Shown: positions 16,193 through 24,030 of the stretch, in pieces
Layout of the letters: the number at the start of each line of letters is the position of its first letter
Position numbering within the stretch: position 1 is the first letter of the stretch
Assembly: GCA_903824155.1 (NCBI GenBank)
Contig: CAIJVL010000035.1
Location: 1 to 47,887 of the forward strand
Length of the DNA stretch: 47,887 nt
Reading direction: 5' to 3'
Source of the DNA: Candidatus Adlerbacteria bacterium
GTDB taxonomy: Bacteria > Patescibacteriota > Minisyncoccia > Phycocordibacterales > SBAW01
The notes under the pieces: generated by a model
The model's input: only the letters and a program-made list of their open reading frames with translations
Databases searched by the model: none
Told to the model about the DNA's origin: nothing
Made by a program: the position numbers and the translations under genes

Positions 16193-16262
16193 TTTATATA
16201 TTTTCTGCCCATGGTAGAGTTGCGACAGAAGACCCTTCCCCCTTCAAACCGAGGAGTTGGCA

Positions 16263-16517
16263 ATGACTGAATATCGCTTTAGATACGCCGGCGGCACTAT
16301 CGGCAACCTGCAGACGGTACAACAGCACAAGTTCGAAGCCGAGGATGACCACGATGCCTTTACGCAAAAGGCAGCCTATCTGAAAAGCATTAGCGGCAAG
16401 TATATTACCGGGAGCATGGAAATGCACTGGCAAGGCAAGTGGCGGCCCGTCCCCGACCCGCTGTTCATTGGAGCACAACAGACAAGCATGCTTGCCCACC
16501 GCCAATTGGAGATGTAA
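16263..16517 (+). CDS. Small orphan protein, paralog P4 (84 aa)
   Basis: ATG 16263 is 6 nt after GAGGAG. The ORF track starts two codons earlier at a TTG. Motifs YRFRYAGG, FEAEDDHDAFTQKAAYLKS and KYITGSMEMH are present. Confidence 0.55.
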   Translation: MTEYRFRYAGGTIGNLQTVQQHKFEAEDDHDAFTQKAAYLKSISGKYITGSMEMHWQGKWRPVPDPLFIGAQQTSMLAHRQLEM

Positions 16518-16528
16518 CACCAGAAAAC

Positions 16529-16556
16529 AACGCCCCGTATTCTCGGGGCGTTTTTC
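16529..16556. terminator. Terminator T4, shared by convergent P4 and rplB
   Basis: AACGCCCCG-TATTCT-CGGGGCGTT has T runs on both strands. Confidence 0.8.
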
Positions 16557-16569
16557 TTTTTTATTATAT

Positions 16570-17418
16570 TTAGGCTTTCTGTCCGCGCTTGCCCACTTTG
16601 CGGCGAGAGACGATAAGGTAGTTGCTGTACTTTTTCGGCGTGCGGGTCTTTTGACCTTTGCCGGTTGGTTTACCCCACGCACTCTTGGCGCGGCGCAAAC
16701 CGCGGCCTTGGCGGCCTTCACCGCCGCCGTGCGGGTGGTCTACCGGGTTCATTGCAGTACCGCGCACCGTAGGGCGGATACCCTTCCAGCGGCTGCGTCC
16801 TGCTTTGCCGAAGACTACGAGGTGATGCTCGTCGTTAGACACCTCACCAATAGATGCCCAGCAAGTGTCGAGCACTTTGCGCACTTCGCTTGATGGCATT
16901 TTAAGGTCAGCGTAACCCTGGTCGCGTGCGATTACTTCGATGTGGGTGCCTGCCGAGCGGCCAAGCTTGCCGCCATTGCCCGGCTTGATCTCGACATTGT
17001 ATACAAACGCGCCAATTGGGACATTCTTAAGCGGCATACGGTTGCCCGGAGTTGCAGCAGCGGTTTCCGAAGTGGTGATAGTGTCGCCAACCTTTACCGA
17101 CTTGGGCAAAAGCATGTAGCGGCGCTCGCCGTCTTTGTACACCACAAGGCCGATAAAGCCCGAGCGGTTAGGATCGTACTCGACAGTCTCTACGACTGCC
17201 GGCACCATCTTTTTGTACGTAAAGTCCACATCGCGGAAGAGGCGCTTGTGTCCGCCGCCCTTGTGGCGCACGGTAATGCGGCCCGCGTTGTTGCGGCCCA
17301 CCTTGCGCTTGCCGCCCACCGTAAGAGCCTTGTGCGGCTCGGTAGCGGTAAGCTTGCCTTTAAATGTCACGGTCGACATGTGGCGGCGGGAGTCGGTGTA
17401 TGGTTTATAAGATTTCAT
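16570..17418 (-). CDS. rplB: 50S ribosomal protein L2
   Basis: The 282-aa protein is typical L2 (GRNNAGRITVRHKGGGHKR..., MNPVDHPHGGGEG). Confidence 0.97.
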   Translation of the reverse strand: MKSYKPYTDSRRHMSTVTFKGKLTATEPHKALTVGGKRKVGRNNAGRITVRHKGGGHKRLFRDVDFTYKKMVPAVVETVEYDPNRSGFIGLVVYKDGERRYMLLPKSVKVGDTITTSETAAATPGNRMPLKNVPIGAFVYNVEIKPGNGGKLGRSAGTHIEVIARDQGYADLKMPSSEVRKVLDTCWASIGEVSNDEHHLVVFGKAGRSRWKGIRPTVRGTAMNPVDHPHGGGEGRQGRGLRRAKSAWGKPTGKGQKTRTPKKYSNYLIVSRRKVGKRGQKA

Positions 17419-17434
17419 AAAGGTATTTTACAAA

Positions 17435-17722
17435 TTACATTATCTCTATGGTCTCGCCCTTCTTTAAAAAGACGTACGCCTTTTTGCCGCCGCTCGAGGC
17501 GCCCTTGCGGTTGGTACCGCGTGTTGCGACCACTTTGCGCGGCACGGTAACCACGGTCACCTTGCGCGGCGTTACGTTGTAGATCTTTTTAACGGCGGTC
17601 ATGATATCGTGCTTGTTAGCATCGACGGCGACGTTAAACACATACACCCCATTAGCAGAGAGGTAGGCTCCCTTTTCGGTGATGCGCGGCGCTATGAGAA
17701 TGTTGACGTTATCCTTTTGCAT
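17435..17722 (-). CDS. rplW: 50S ribosomal protein L23
   Basis: The 95-aa protein contains PRITEKG and VFNVAVDANKHDI. Confidence 0.9.
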   Translation of the reverse strand: MQKDNVNILIAPRITEKGAYLSANGVYVFNVAVDANKHDIMTAVKKIYNVTPRKVTVVTVPRKVVATRGTNRKGASSGGKKAYVFLKKGETIEIM

Positions 17723-17727
17723 ACAAT

Positions 17728-18504
17728 TTATTTGGCGGCTGGTTTAACCACGCGCTTTTTGCCGAGCGTCTCGATAGCGGCAGCCGGGTCAACGATAACC
17801 AGGTACTTGGACGACATGATCGACACGGGGTTAAGATTGCGGACATCTACTACCTCGACATGGCCGATGTTGGCAAAGCTCTTTTGCGTTGCAGTGTGTG
17901 CGTTAGGGAGAGCGATAAGAGCAGCATTGTTCTTTTTATCATTATTGAAGCCGGCTTTAGAAAGGCCCGCGAGCATTGCCACCGCATCTTTGGTCTTGGG
18001 CTTCTCTACAGACATCGAGTCAACAAAGATGATTTCGTTGTCGGCAAGCTTGCGCGAGAGCACTACCAAAAGCGCCTTTTGGCGCGCCTGGCGGTTGATC
18101 TTTTGGCTGTAGTCCTTGTCGTTGCGAGGGCCGTGGGTAACACCGCCGCCCTTCCAGATAGGAGAGCGCGATGAGCCGTGGCGGGCGCGGCCGGTGCCCT
18201 TTTGCTGCCAAGGCTTGCGTCCGCCGCCGCGAACTTCGCCGCGGTCTTTAGTGTGCGCATTGCCCATGCGTGCGTTTGCCTGCATGCCGCTTACTACCAA
18301 GTGCACGAGGTCGGCATTCCAAGGCAAGTTAAAGATATTTTCGGGCAGAGTCATCTTGCCGGCTTCAGCTCCTTTCGTATTGAAAATAGTTACGTCCATC
18401 GAAGTAGCCTTGCGGGTACCGCGCGGGCGTACAGCCCTAACAACCTTTTCGGTTTTAACCTTAGGTGTCGTTGTTTTTTTAGTTGTTGTTGATTTTGTTG
18501 CCAT
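17728..18504 (-). CDS. rplD: 50S ribosomal protein L4 (N-terminal basic extension)
   Basis: It contains TKDRGEVRGGGRKPWQQKGTGRARHGS. Confidence 0.93.
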   Translation of the reverse strand: MATKSTTTKKTTTPKVKTEKVVRAVRPRGTRKATSMDVTIFNTKGAEAGKMTLPENIFNLPWNADLVHLVVSGMQANARMGNAHTKDRGEVRGGGRKPWQQKGTGRARHGSSRSPIWKGGGVTHGPRNDKDYSQKINRQARQKALLVVLSRKLADNEIIFVDSMSVEKPKTKDAVAMLAGLSKAGFNNDKKNNAALIALPNAHTATQKSFANIGHVEVVDVRNLNPVSIMSSKYLVIVDPAAAIETLGKKRVVKPAAK

Positions 18505-18536
18505 ACATCTTTTTTATTGCACTCGTAAACTCGTGT

Positions 18537-19196
18537 CTACGATTTGAGCCCAACGCCTTTGATTTCAACCAAAGTGCCGCGGCGGCCGGGGACTGCGCCC
18601 GATATAACGATCTCGTTCGTCTCCGGGTGCACCTGCAAGACCTTGAGCCCGCGTACGGTGACGCGGTCCTGGCCCATGCGGCCGGCCATGCGCATACCCT
18701 TGGCAACGCGGCCGCCCGCGCGGCCACCCGAACCGCCGATAGAGCCCGGCGAACGCTCAGAGTGCTTTTGACCATGCGAGCGCGGACCGCCATGGAAGCC
18801 GTGGCGCTTGATAACGCCCTGAAAGCCGCGGCCTTTAGTGATAGCAGAAACCTCAACCTTGTCGCCTTCGGCAAAAGCCGACACGTCGACGGTTGCGCCT
18901 GCCTCAACTCCTTCGGGGAGCTTGCCATCGAACTGGCGCATTTCTTTAAAGTGCGCAAGCGCCTTGCCCACGCCTCCAGGCGTAATCTTAGAGACGTGGC
19001 CTATCTGCGGCTTGTTGACGCGCTCAGGCTTTTTCTCTATCGCTCCCAACTGGATGGCATTGTAGCCCTCTTTGTCGGCGGTCTTGATTTGGGTGATGGT
19101 GTTAGGGGCAGCAATAATGACCGTCGCAGCGTAAGCGCGGCCTTCCTCTGTGTAGAGGGTGGTCATTTTGCCCTTGAGTCCTAAGATAAATTTCAT
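18537..19196 (-). CDS. rplC: 50S ribosomal protein L3
   Basis: ORF track 18537..19334, trimmed to ATG 19196 (MKFILGLKGKMTTLYTEEG). It also contains FQGVIKRHGFHGGPRSHG. Confidence 0.95.
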   Translation of the reverse strand: MKFILGLKGKMTTLYTEEGRAYAATVIIAAPNTITQIKTADKEGYNAIQLGAIEKKPERVNKPQIGHVSKITPGGVGKALAHFKEMRQFDGKLPEGVEAGATVDVSAFAEGDKVEVSAITKGRGFQGVIKRHGFHGGPRSHGQKHSERSPGSIGGSGGRAGGRVAKGMRMAGRMGQDRVTVRGLKVLQVHPETNEIVISGAVPGRRGTLVEIKGVGLKS

Positions 19197-19205
19197 GTTG
19201 GCTAT

Positions 19206-19240
19206 AGAAAAATCCGCAATAGACAAGCGTCCTTGCGGAT
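19206..19240 (-). promoter_or_regulatory. Terminator-like attenuator hairpin in the rplC operon leader
   Basis: The minus strand reads AUCCGCAA-13 nt loop-UUGCGGAU-UUUUU. It ends about 10 nt before the rplC ATG and lies inside the ~100-nt predicted 5' UTR. Confidence 0.4.
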
Positions 19241-19305
19241 CGGCTAGTCCATTGGTCCGGGAAGCTGCTCCGGGACATAGATCTAACTCAAATAGAGTTA
19301 AGGGC

Positions 19306-19334
19306 AATATACAGTATGGGCGGAAATTAAGCAA
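19306..19334 (-). promoter_or_regulatory. Sigma70-like promoter of the rplC-rplD-rplW-rplB sub-operon
   Basis: The minus strand reads TTGCTT-17 nt-TATATT. Confidence 0.5.
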
Positions 19335-19335
19335 G

Positions 19336-19366
19336 AAAAAGGCCCACCATATAGGTCGGGCCTTTT
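19336..19366 (-). terminator. Rho-independent terminator after the 104-aa orphan gene
   Basis: GGCCCGACCU...GGUGGGCC stem plus UUUUU on the minus strand. Confidence 0.65.
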
Positions 19367-19371
19367 ACGCA

Positions 19372-19686
19372 CTACGCTTTTACCATCTCTGGAACTTTGC
19401 AGTCGATACCAAGCTCTTCGAGCTCGGAGCGCTGCGCAAATATCGAGTACAGGCGCTTGGCTTCAGGAAATTGAATCCCCTGGAAGTTAAAGGCGATGCC
19501 GCCAATGCGCTTGGTCTTCAATGTCAAAGCTTGATACTCTTTTTCGCAAGCATTGCGGATAAGGACCTCGCCTTCGACCATTTGCACATGCCGGTCAAAG
19601 TAGCAAAAGCCGATCTTTTCGCGGTCTTCGGCACGGCGGTCAAAATGCCGCTGCAACTCTTGTACCAACTCACCCATATCGCTCAT
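19372..19686 (-). CDS. Hypothetical protein (104 aa)
   Basis: ATG is 6 nt after GGGGAGGA. A promoter-like TTGCCA-17-TAGTGT lies upstream, and terminators lie on both sides. Confidence 0.5.
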   Translation of the reverse strand: MSDMGELVQELQRHFDRRAEDREKIGFCYFDRHVQMVEGEVLIRNACEKEYQALTLKTKRIGGIAFNFQGIQFPEAKRLYSIFAQRSELEELGIDCKVPEMVKA

Positions 19687-19742
19687 GTAGTCCTCCCCTT
19701 TTCGTCTGCCTGCACACTACGCCGTTGTTGGAATTTTGGCAA

Positions 19743-19772
19743 GAAAAAAGCCCCGACCAACATGCAGGGGCT
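19743..19772 (-). terminator. Rho-independent terminator after the 134-aa membrane gene
   Basis: AGCCCC...GGGGCU stem plus UUUUUU on the minus strand. Confidence 0.65.
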
Positions 19773-19778
19773 TTAGTC

Positions 19779-20183
19779 TCACCCTTCGATTTCGTTGACG
19801 TATCGAAACTCCTTGCGGGAGTATCTGTGGTACAGGAGACCGGTGATACTCATGGCGATGAGCGAGAGCGCTGTCCCAAAAACCGTCAAAGTCTCATGCG
19901 CGTGCATGCGCACCGAGTCTGACATAGCGATCGAGTTCCAGCCTAGAATCAGTGGGACAAAAAGCGACCCCAGAAGACAGGCGAACGAAATAATGAAGAG
20001 CCTGCCGCATCGTTTCTTTGCGCGGGTGAATATCGCCATGCCCGTATAGCGCACTTCGGCTTGCGGCGTCAGATGCCGCCATGTGCGGTAGTTGTAGTAC
20101 ACGATGCCGCCAACGAGTGCGATCACGGGGATGTTGAGCATCAACCCCAAAACAACAGAGCGGTCGAACAGCAAGTCCCACAT
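19779..20183 (-). CDS. Hypothetical integral membrane protein (134 aa, about 4 TM)
   Basis: ATG is preceded by CGGAGGGAAGGGA, and the protein has hydrophobic helices. It lies between the rpsJ terminator and the next terminator. Confidence 0.5.
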   Translation of the reverse strand: MWDLLFDRSVVLGLMLNIPVIALVGGIVYYNYRTWRHLTPQAEVRYTGMAIFTRAKKRCGRLFIISFACLLGSLFVPLILGWNSIAMSDSVRMHAHETLTVFGTALSLIAMSITGLLYHRYSRKEFRYVNEIEG

Positions 20184-20231
20184 ATCCCTTCCCTCCGGTT
20201 GAGTAGATCCAATCTGCCCCTACCCTACAAC

Positions 20232-20261
20232 AAAAAATCCCCTCTTGCGAGGGGATTTTTT
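20232..20261 (-). terminator. Rho-independent terminator directly after rpsJ
   Basis: AAAAAATCCCCTC-TTGC-GAGGGGATTTTTT. Confidence 0.8.
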
Positions 20262-20273
20262 GTTTGCTTTTGA

Positions 20274-20657
20274 TTACGCCATCTTTACGTCGATGGTGAC
20301 TCCTGAAGGGAGCGAGAGGTTTGTGAGAGCCTCTATCACCTTGGGAGACGGGTCGAGGATGTCGATGACGCGCTTGTGGATGCGCATCTCAAACTGCTCG
20401 CGTGCGTCTTTGTAGACGAAGGTCGAGCGGTTGACCGTGTACTTCTTTATTTCGGTCGGCAGCGGTATCGGGCCTGCAACCTTTGTATCATAGCGAAGTG
20501 CGGTGTCCAATATCTGCTTAACTGACGCATCAAGCACTTTGTGCTCATATGCCTTAACCTTGATGCGAAGGCGCGTTACCTCGGCAACGGCGGCCTTTTT
20601 AGCACGGGGCTTTGCAGCCTTTTTGGGAGCTGCGGTTTCTTCTTTAACGGTAGCCAT
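20274..20657 (-). CDS. rpsJ: 30S ribosomal protein S10 (~25-aa Lys/Ala-rich N-terminal extension)
   Basis: The core [38 protein letters not shown] is S10. Confidence 0.95.
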   Translation of the reverse strand: MATVKEETAAPKKAAKPRAKKAAVAEVTRLRIKVKAYEHKVLDASVKQILDTALRYDTKVAGPIPLPTEIKKYTVNRSTFVYKDAREQFEMRIHKRVIDILDPSPKVIEALTNLSLPSGVTIDVKMA

Positions 20658-20743
20658 AATTTTGTGTGAGTCTAGTTCTCCCCTAAGCCACGAATGGCCG
20701 GGGTAACCTATACCCGATTAGCTTACTCCTATTAATTAGTGAA

Positions 20744-21937
20744 TTACGCGATGATCTTGGTTACCACGCCGGCGCCTACGGTTTTGCCTCCTTCGCGAAC
20801 CGCGAAGCGGGTTTGAGCCTCGAGAGCCACCGGCGCTACGAGCTTTACCTTAAAGGTAACCGTGTCGCCCGGCATTACCATTTCCGTTCCTGTTGCGAGA
20901 GTTACTTCGCCGGTAACGTCAGTGGTGCGGACATAGAACTGCGGCTTGTAGCCGGTGAAGAAAGGCGTGTGGCGGCCACCCTCGTCCTTGGTCAAGATAT
21001 ATACCTCGGCCTCAAAGTCGGTGTGCGGGGTTACTGAACCCGGTTTTGCAAGCACCTGACCGCGGTGGATGTCCTCTTTGCGGGTACCGCGCAGAAGTAT
21101 ACCTGCGTTGTCGCCTGCCTGGCCTTGGTCAAGCTGCTTATTAAACATTTCGATACCGGTGATGGTGGTCTTGGTGGTTGGCTCCAAACCGACGATCTCG
21201 GCCTCTTCGCCAACCTTGATGACACCGCGCTCAATGCGTCCGGTCACTACCGTACCGCGACCTTCGATAGAGAAGATGTCCTCGATAGGCATAAGGAACG
21301 GCTTGTCCAGCTCGCGGACAGGGTCCGGGAAGTAGCTGTCCATGGTGTTAACGAGCTCCATGACCTTTTTGGACCATTCATCGTCGAGCGAAGTCGCTTC
21401 AAGAGCCTTGAGGCCTGAGCCGCGGATGATAGGAGCGTCTGCGTAACCCTGCTTTACAAGGAGTTCGCGTACTTCCTCTTCGACGAGGTCGATAAGGTCT
21501 TTGTCGTCTACCATGTCTACTTTGTTGAGGAAGACGATGAGCTTCGGTACGCCTACCTGCTTTGCCAAGAGCACGTGCTCGCGGGTCTGAGGCATAAGGC
21601 CGTCAGTTGCGGCAACCACCAATACTGCGCCGTCCATCTGGGCAGCACCGGTGATCATATTCTTGATGTAGTCGGCGTGGCCCGGAGCGTCGATGTGCGC
21701 GTAGTGGCGCTTAGGAGTCTCGTACTCGGAGTGGTGGAGCGCGATGGTAATACCGCGAGCCTTTTCCTCGGGAGCATTGTCGATACCGTCAACGGCCTCG
21801 ACGCGGGCGCTGTAGCCCTGAGCCTTTGCCATGTCCAAAGTATGGAGAATAGCCGCAGTGAGCGTGGTCTTGCCGTGGTCAACGTGGCCGATGGTGCCTA
21901 CGTTTACGTGAGGCTTTGTGCGATCAAAATTTGCCAT
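20744..21937 (-). CDS. tuf: Elongation factor Tu
   Basis: The 397-aa protein contains [18 protein letters not shown] and NKVD. Confidence 0.99.
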   Translation of the reverse strand: MANFDRTKPHVNVGTIGHVDHGKTTLTAAILHTLDMAKAQGYSARVEAVDGIDNAPEEKARGITIALHHSEYETPKRHYAHIDAPGHADYIKNMITGAAQMDGAVLVVAATDGLMPQTREHVLLAKQVGVPKLIVFLNKVDMVDDKDLIDLVEEEVRELLVKQGYADAPIIRGSGLKALEATSLDDEWSKKVMELVNTMDSYFPDPVRELDKPFLMPIEDIFSIEGRGTVVTGRIERGVIKVGEEAEIVGLEPTTKTTITGIEMFNKQLDQGQAGDNAGILLRGTRKEDIHRGQVLAKPGSVTPHTDFEAEVYILTKDEGGRHTPFFTGYKPQFYVRTTDVTGEVTLATGTEMVMPGDTVTFKVKLVAPVALEAQTRFAVREGGKTVGAGVVTKIIA

Positions 21938-22080
21938 AAATAATATGAATCTAGTGAATAATACTAATTAATATGCCCCAACTAATCTACCTAGCACGCC
22001 AAACCCAAGCATAGGGAAAACCCTTCTGCTGTGTTAGTAGCATAGTAGCAGAGGACCTAAAAAGTGCAAGCGATTGGGGC

Positions 22081-23118
22081 CTATAACCCGAGCATCGAGA
22101 GCGATGCGGTCAGCAAGCGGCCGTAGCCGTCGCCTATTTCGTTGATAGCTTCGATAACACTAGCCGAATTTGAGGTGTTGTTGTAGTAGGTGACCGGAGT
22201 CGTGGTAGGAGCGGGTGCTTTAGGAGGAGGCGGCAGCATAGGACCATGGTACTCGGTCGAAGAACCCATAGGCTCGCCTGTATGCGGCAGAGTGCTAGAG
22301 CCCATAGTTGTAGAACCTATACCCGGATGGAAATCGTCGTGACGGGGCGGCATAGGAAGAGTGGTGCTGCCCATCATGGTGCTAGAACCCATAGCCGGAT
22401 GAAAATCGTCGTGACGGGGCGGCATAGGAAGAGTGGTGCTGCCCATCATGGTGCTAGAACCCATACCGTCGCCCTCATTCCCTTTTAAGAGGCTGCTGTC
22501 ATGCGAGGTTGGGTTGCAGAGGCGGGCTATTGCGGCGCGGGTCAAGGGGCCTGCAAACGGTGCCGGCGATATACCCTGCTCTTGTTGAAATTTCTCCAAA
22601 AAGGCTTGTGTGGTCGAGCCAAAATGGCCGGTAACCACATCATCTTTGTTAAGGCCAAAGTGGTTGGCGATAAACTGCTGGAGCTGGCCTACGTCGCCGG
22701 TAGTAGTGCCCTCGCTGGTACCGCGGCCGATGGTGCGCGACAATTTAGGGCAAAATAGAACCGTTGAGCTGGCCGTACCAATAGTGGTAGAGCCGTTTGC
22801 CATGGGTACAGACATCATGCCAGGAGCTTGGTGATTGTCTTCGGCAAGTACTATCGTCGCAGTTTGTGCAACCATTTGATTAGAGGCCGATTGCTGAGCA
22901 AAAGCAACTTCCATATTGACGCCGGCAGCTGCAACGCCAAGCGTTGTGATCAAAGAAGAAACTACCAAGCCAAAGACGGCCAATGAGCCAATGACTATAT
23001 GCGTAATGTCTTGGGTCCAGACCTCGCTCTTAAAATTAGGCGTAATGTCCATGGTCATAAAATTGACCACGTGCGGCGTGATGTCCTTGGTCCAAATTGA
23101 TTCGCGGCTTTTTGTCAT
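22081..23118 (-). CDS. Membrane-anchored protein with a peptidoglycan-binding (PG_binding_1-like) domain and a Met/His/Ser/Thr-rich tandem-repeat tail
   Basis: It has a TM helix (IVIGSLAVFGLVVSSLITTLGVAAA). The PG-binding-like segment is GDVGQLQQFIANHFGL...GHFGSTTQAFLEKFQQEQGI. The tail is repetitive. Confidence 0.6.
   Translation of the reverse strand: MTKSRESIWTKDITPHVVNFMTMDITPNFKSEVWTQDITHIVIGSLAVFGLVVSSLITTLGVAAAGVNMEVAFAQQSASNQMVAQTATIVLAEDNHQAPGMMSVPMANGSTTIGTASSTVLFCPKLSRTIGRGTSEGTTTGDVGQLQQFIANHFGLNKDDVVTGHFGSTTQAFLEKFQQEQGISPAPFAGPLTRAAIARLCNPTSHDSSLLKGNEGDGMGSSTMMGSTTLPMPPRHDDFHPAMGSSTMMGSTTLPMPPRHDDFHPGIGSTTMGSSTLPHTGEPMGSSTEYHGPMLPPPPKAPAPTTTPVTYYNNTSNSASVIEAINEIGDGYGRLLTASLSMLGL
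22325..22468. repeat. Tandem 72-bp repeat (2 near-identical copies) inside the 345-aa ORF
   Basis: Copy 22325-22396 versus 22397-22468 differ at about 3 positions. Each encodes ~MGSSTMMGSTTLPMPPRHDDFHPx. A degenerate third unit lies at about 22261-22324. Confidence 0.9.
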
Positions 23119-23246
23119 ATTTTTAAAAGTGCAGCTACTAAATAAAACTAATAAATAAGAAGAGCACCCCAGCTTGCGCGGGGTGCCCTGTTGCTAACTA
23201 GTGTAGCGCGGCTTACAAACTCTGCAAGGAGTAGGCTGGGGATAAA

Positions 23247-23459
23247 CTACTGCTTCCAGATGCTGGCGGGCGCAGAAACGGCTGACTGGCTCTCATACGA
23301 CCGGGCATTAGCTATGGCCGCAGCTTCGGTCTTATTGCTAAACAAGGCCATATCCCCGCGTTTTTCAAACTCATTGGCTCCTTGCAGGATAAGAAAGGCG
23401 CCAGCATAAAAAACGGCAAAGATTGCGAGTACTGCAAATAATTTAAAGAAAGTGCGCAT
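23247..23459 (-). CDS. Hypothetical small membrane protein (70 aa)
   Basis: It has an N-terminal TM helix (FKLFAVLAIFAVFYAGAFLIL) and is followed by a 3' UTR module with a terminator. There is no SD. Confidence 0.35.
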   Translation of the reverse strand: MRTFFKLFAVLAIFAVFYAGAFLILQGANEFEKRGDMALFSNKTEAAAIANARSYESQSAVSAPASIWKQ

Positions 23460-23610
23460 AGCAGAGTAAGGAACAATCTGATAATCGGAACGCGGACGGA
23501 TCTAAAACAACCAGCACATACGAAAAGCGCGCCCAGCTTTCGCTGGGCGCCCTATGTACTTACTGTACTCTTCATCCGCAACAATACAACCGCGCGGCTG
23601 GGGATAAGAT

Positions 23611-23979
23611 TTATTCTTCTTTGCTCGGGATTCTATTTAGTCCGCCGTCTTTATCCATTTTAAATACTGCGCGTCCTGCTTCTATATCCTTTGTAAGTGA
23701 CGCCTGATCAATGGTTTCTTGCTTCTCTGATTGTGTTTCGTCTCCTAAAGAAACCTCGCGCTTTGCGTCTATATCGCTTTTAAGCGCCGTTTTATTAATA
23801 TCTTCGGGCCTCGCCACCAGCTTTTCGGTAGCTAAAGGAATACCAGGAGTCGCCATAACTTTACCAACCGGACTTGCGACGGCCATTGCCGCCCCCAATG
23901 CAACGCCAATATGCTTTGCAGCTTTCTTTGCATCTTGCTTTATATCTTCCTTGGACGGTATTTTTGGTGCTCCTTCCAT
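23611..23979 (-). CDS. Hypothetical protein (122 aa, Lys/Glu-rich)
   Basis: TATACT lies 7 nt upstream of the ATG, so the transcript may be leaderless. The gene is followed by the second copy of the 3' UTR module. Confidence 0.4.
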   Translation of the reverse strand: MEGAPKIPSKEDIKQDAKKAAKHIGVALGAAMAVASPVGKVMATPGIPLATEKLVARPEDINKTALKSDIDAKREVSLGDETQSEKQETIDQASLTKDIEAGRAVFKMDKDGGLNRIPSKEE

Positions 23980-24030
23980 GACCTAAAGTATACACCCACC
24001 ACTTTGCAACTTCATCTTTGGTGTGCTTTT

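Noticed and set aside
15380-16562. The repeated GC-rich element AACGCCCCG...CGGGGCGTT, occurring four times, considered as a possible CRISPR-like array.
   Set aside because: The units are palindromic hairpins with T runs, spaced 340-440 bp apart, and each follows an ORF. They are terminators of a duplicated gene module, not CRISPR repeats. No cas genes are present.
18537-19334. N-terminally extended ORF-track versions of rplC. The same applies to 8892..9365 rpsH, 11847..12329 rplX, 14496..15002 rpsS, 37115..38992 recJ, 30804..31691 M50, 10674..11261, 1151..2611 and 502..1197.
   Set aside because: The extensions run into leaders, promoters, terminator hairpins or neighbouring genes. Internal ATGs give the canonical family N-termini, so all were trimmed.
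20658-20743. The hairpin with a UUCG loop between tuf and rpsJ, considered as a terminator.
   Set aside because: No U tract follows it. tuf and rpsJ are more likely co-transcribed. It may still be a processing or stability element, but I cannot support more than that.
21938-22080. tRNA genes often found upstream of tuf, and rRNA or tRNA genes anywhere in the window.
   Set aside because: By eye I found no cloverleaf-compatible ~75-nt segments with a GTTCRANNC T-loop in any intergenic region. A tRNAscan run would be needed to be definitive.
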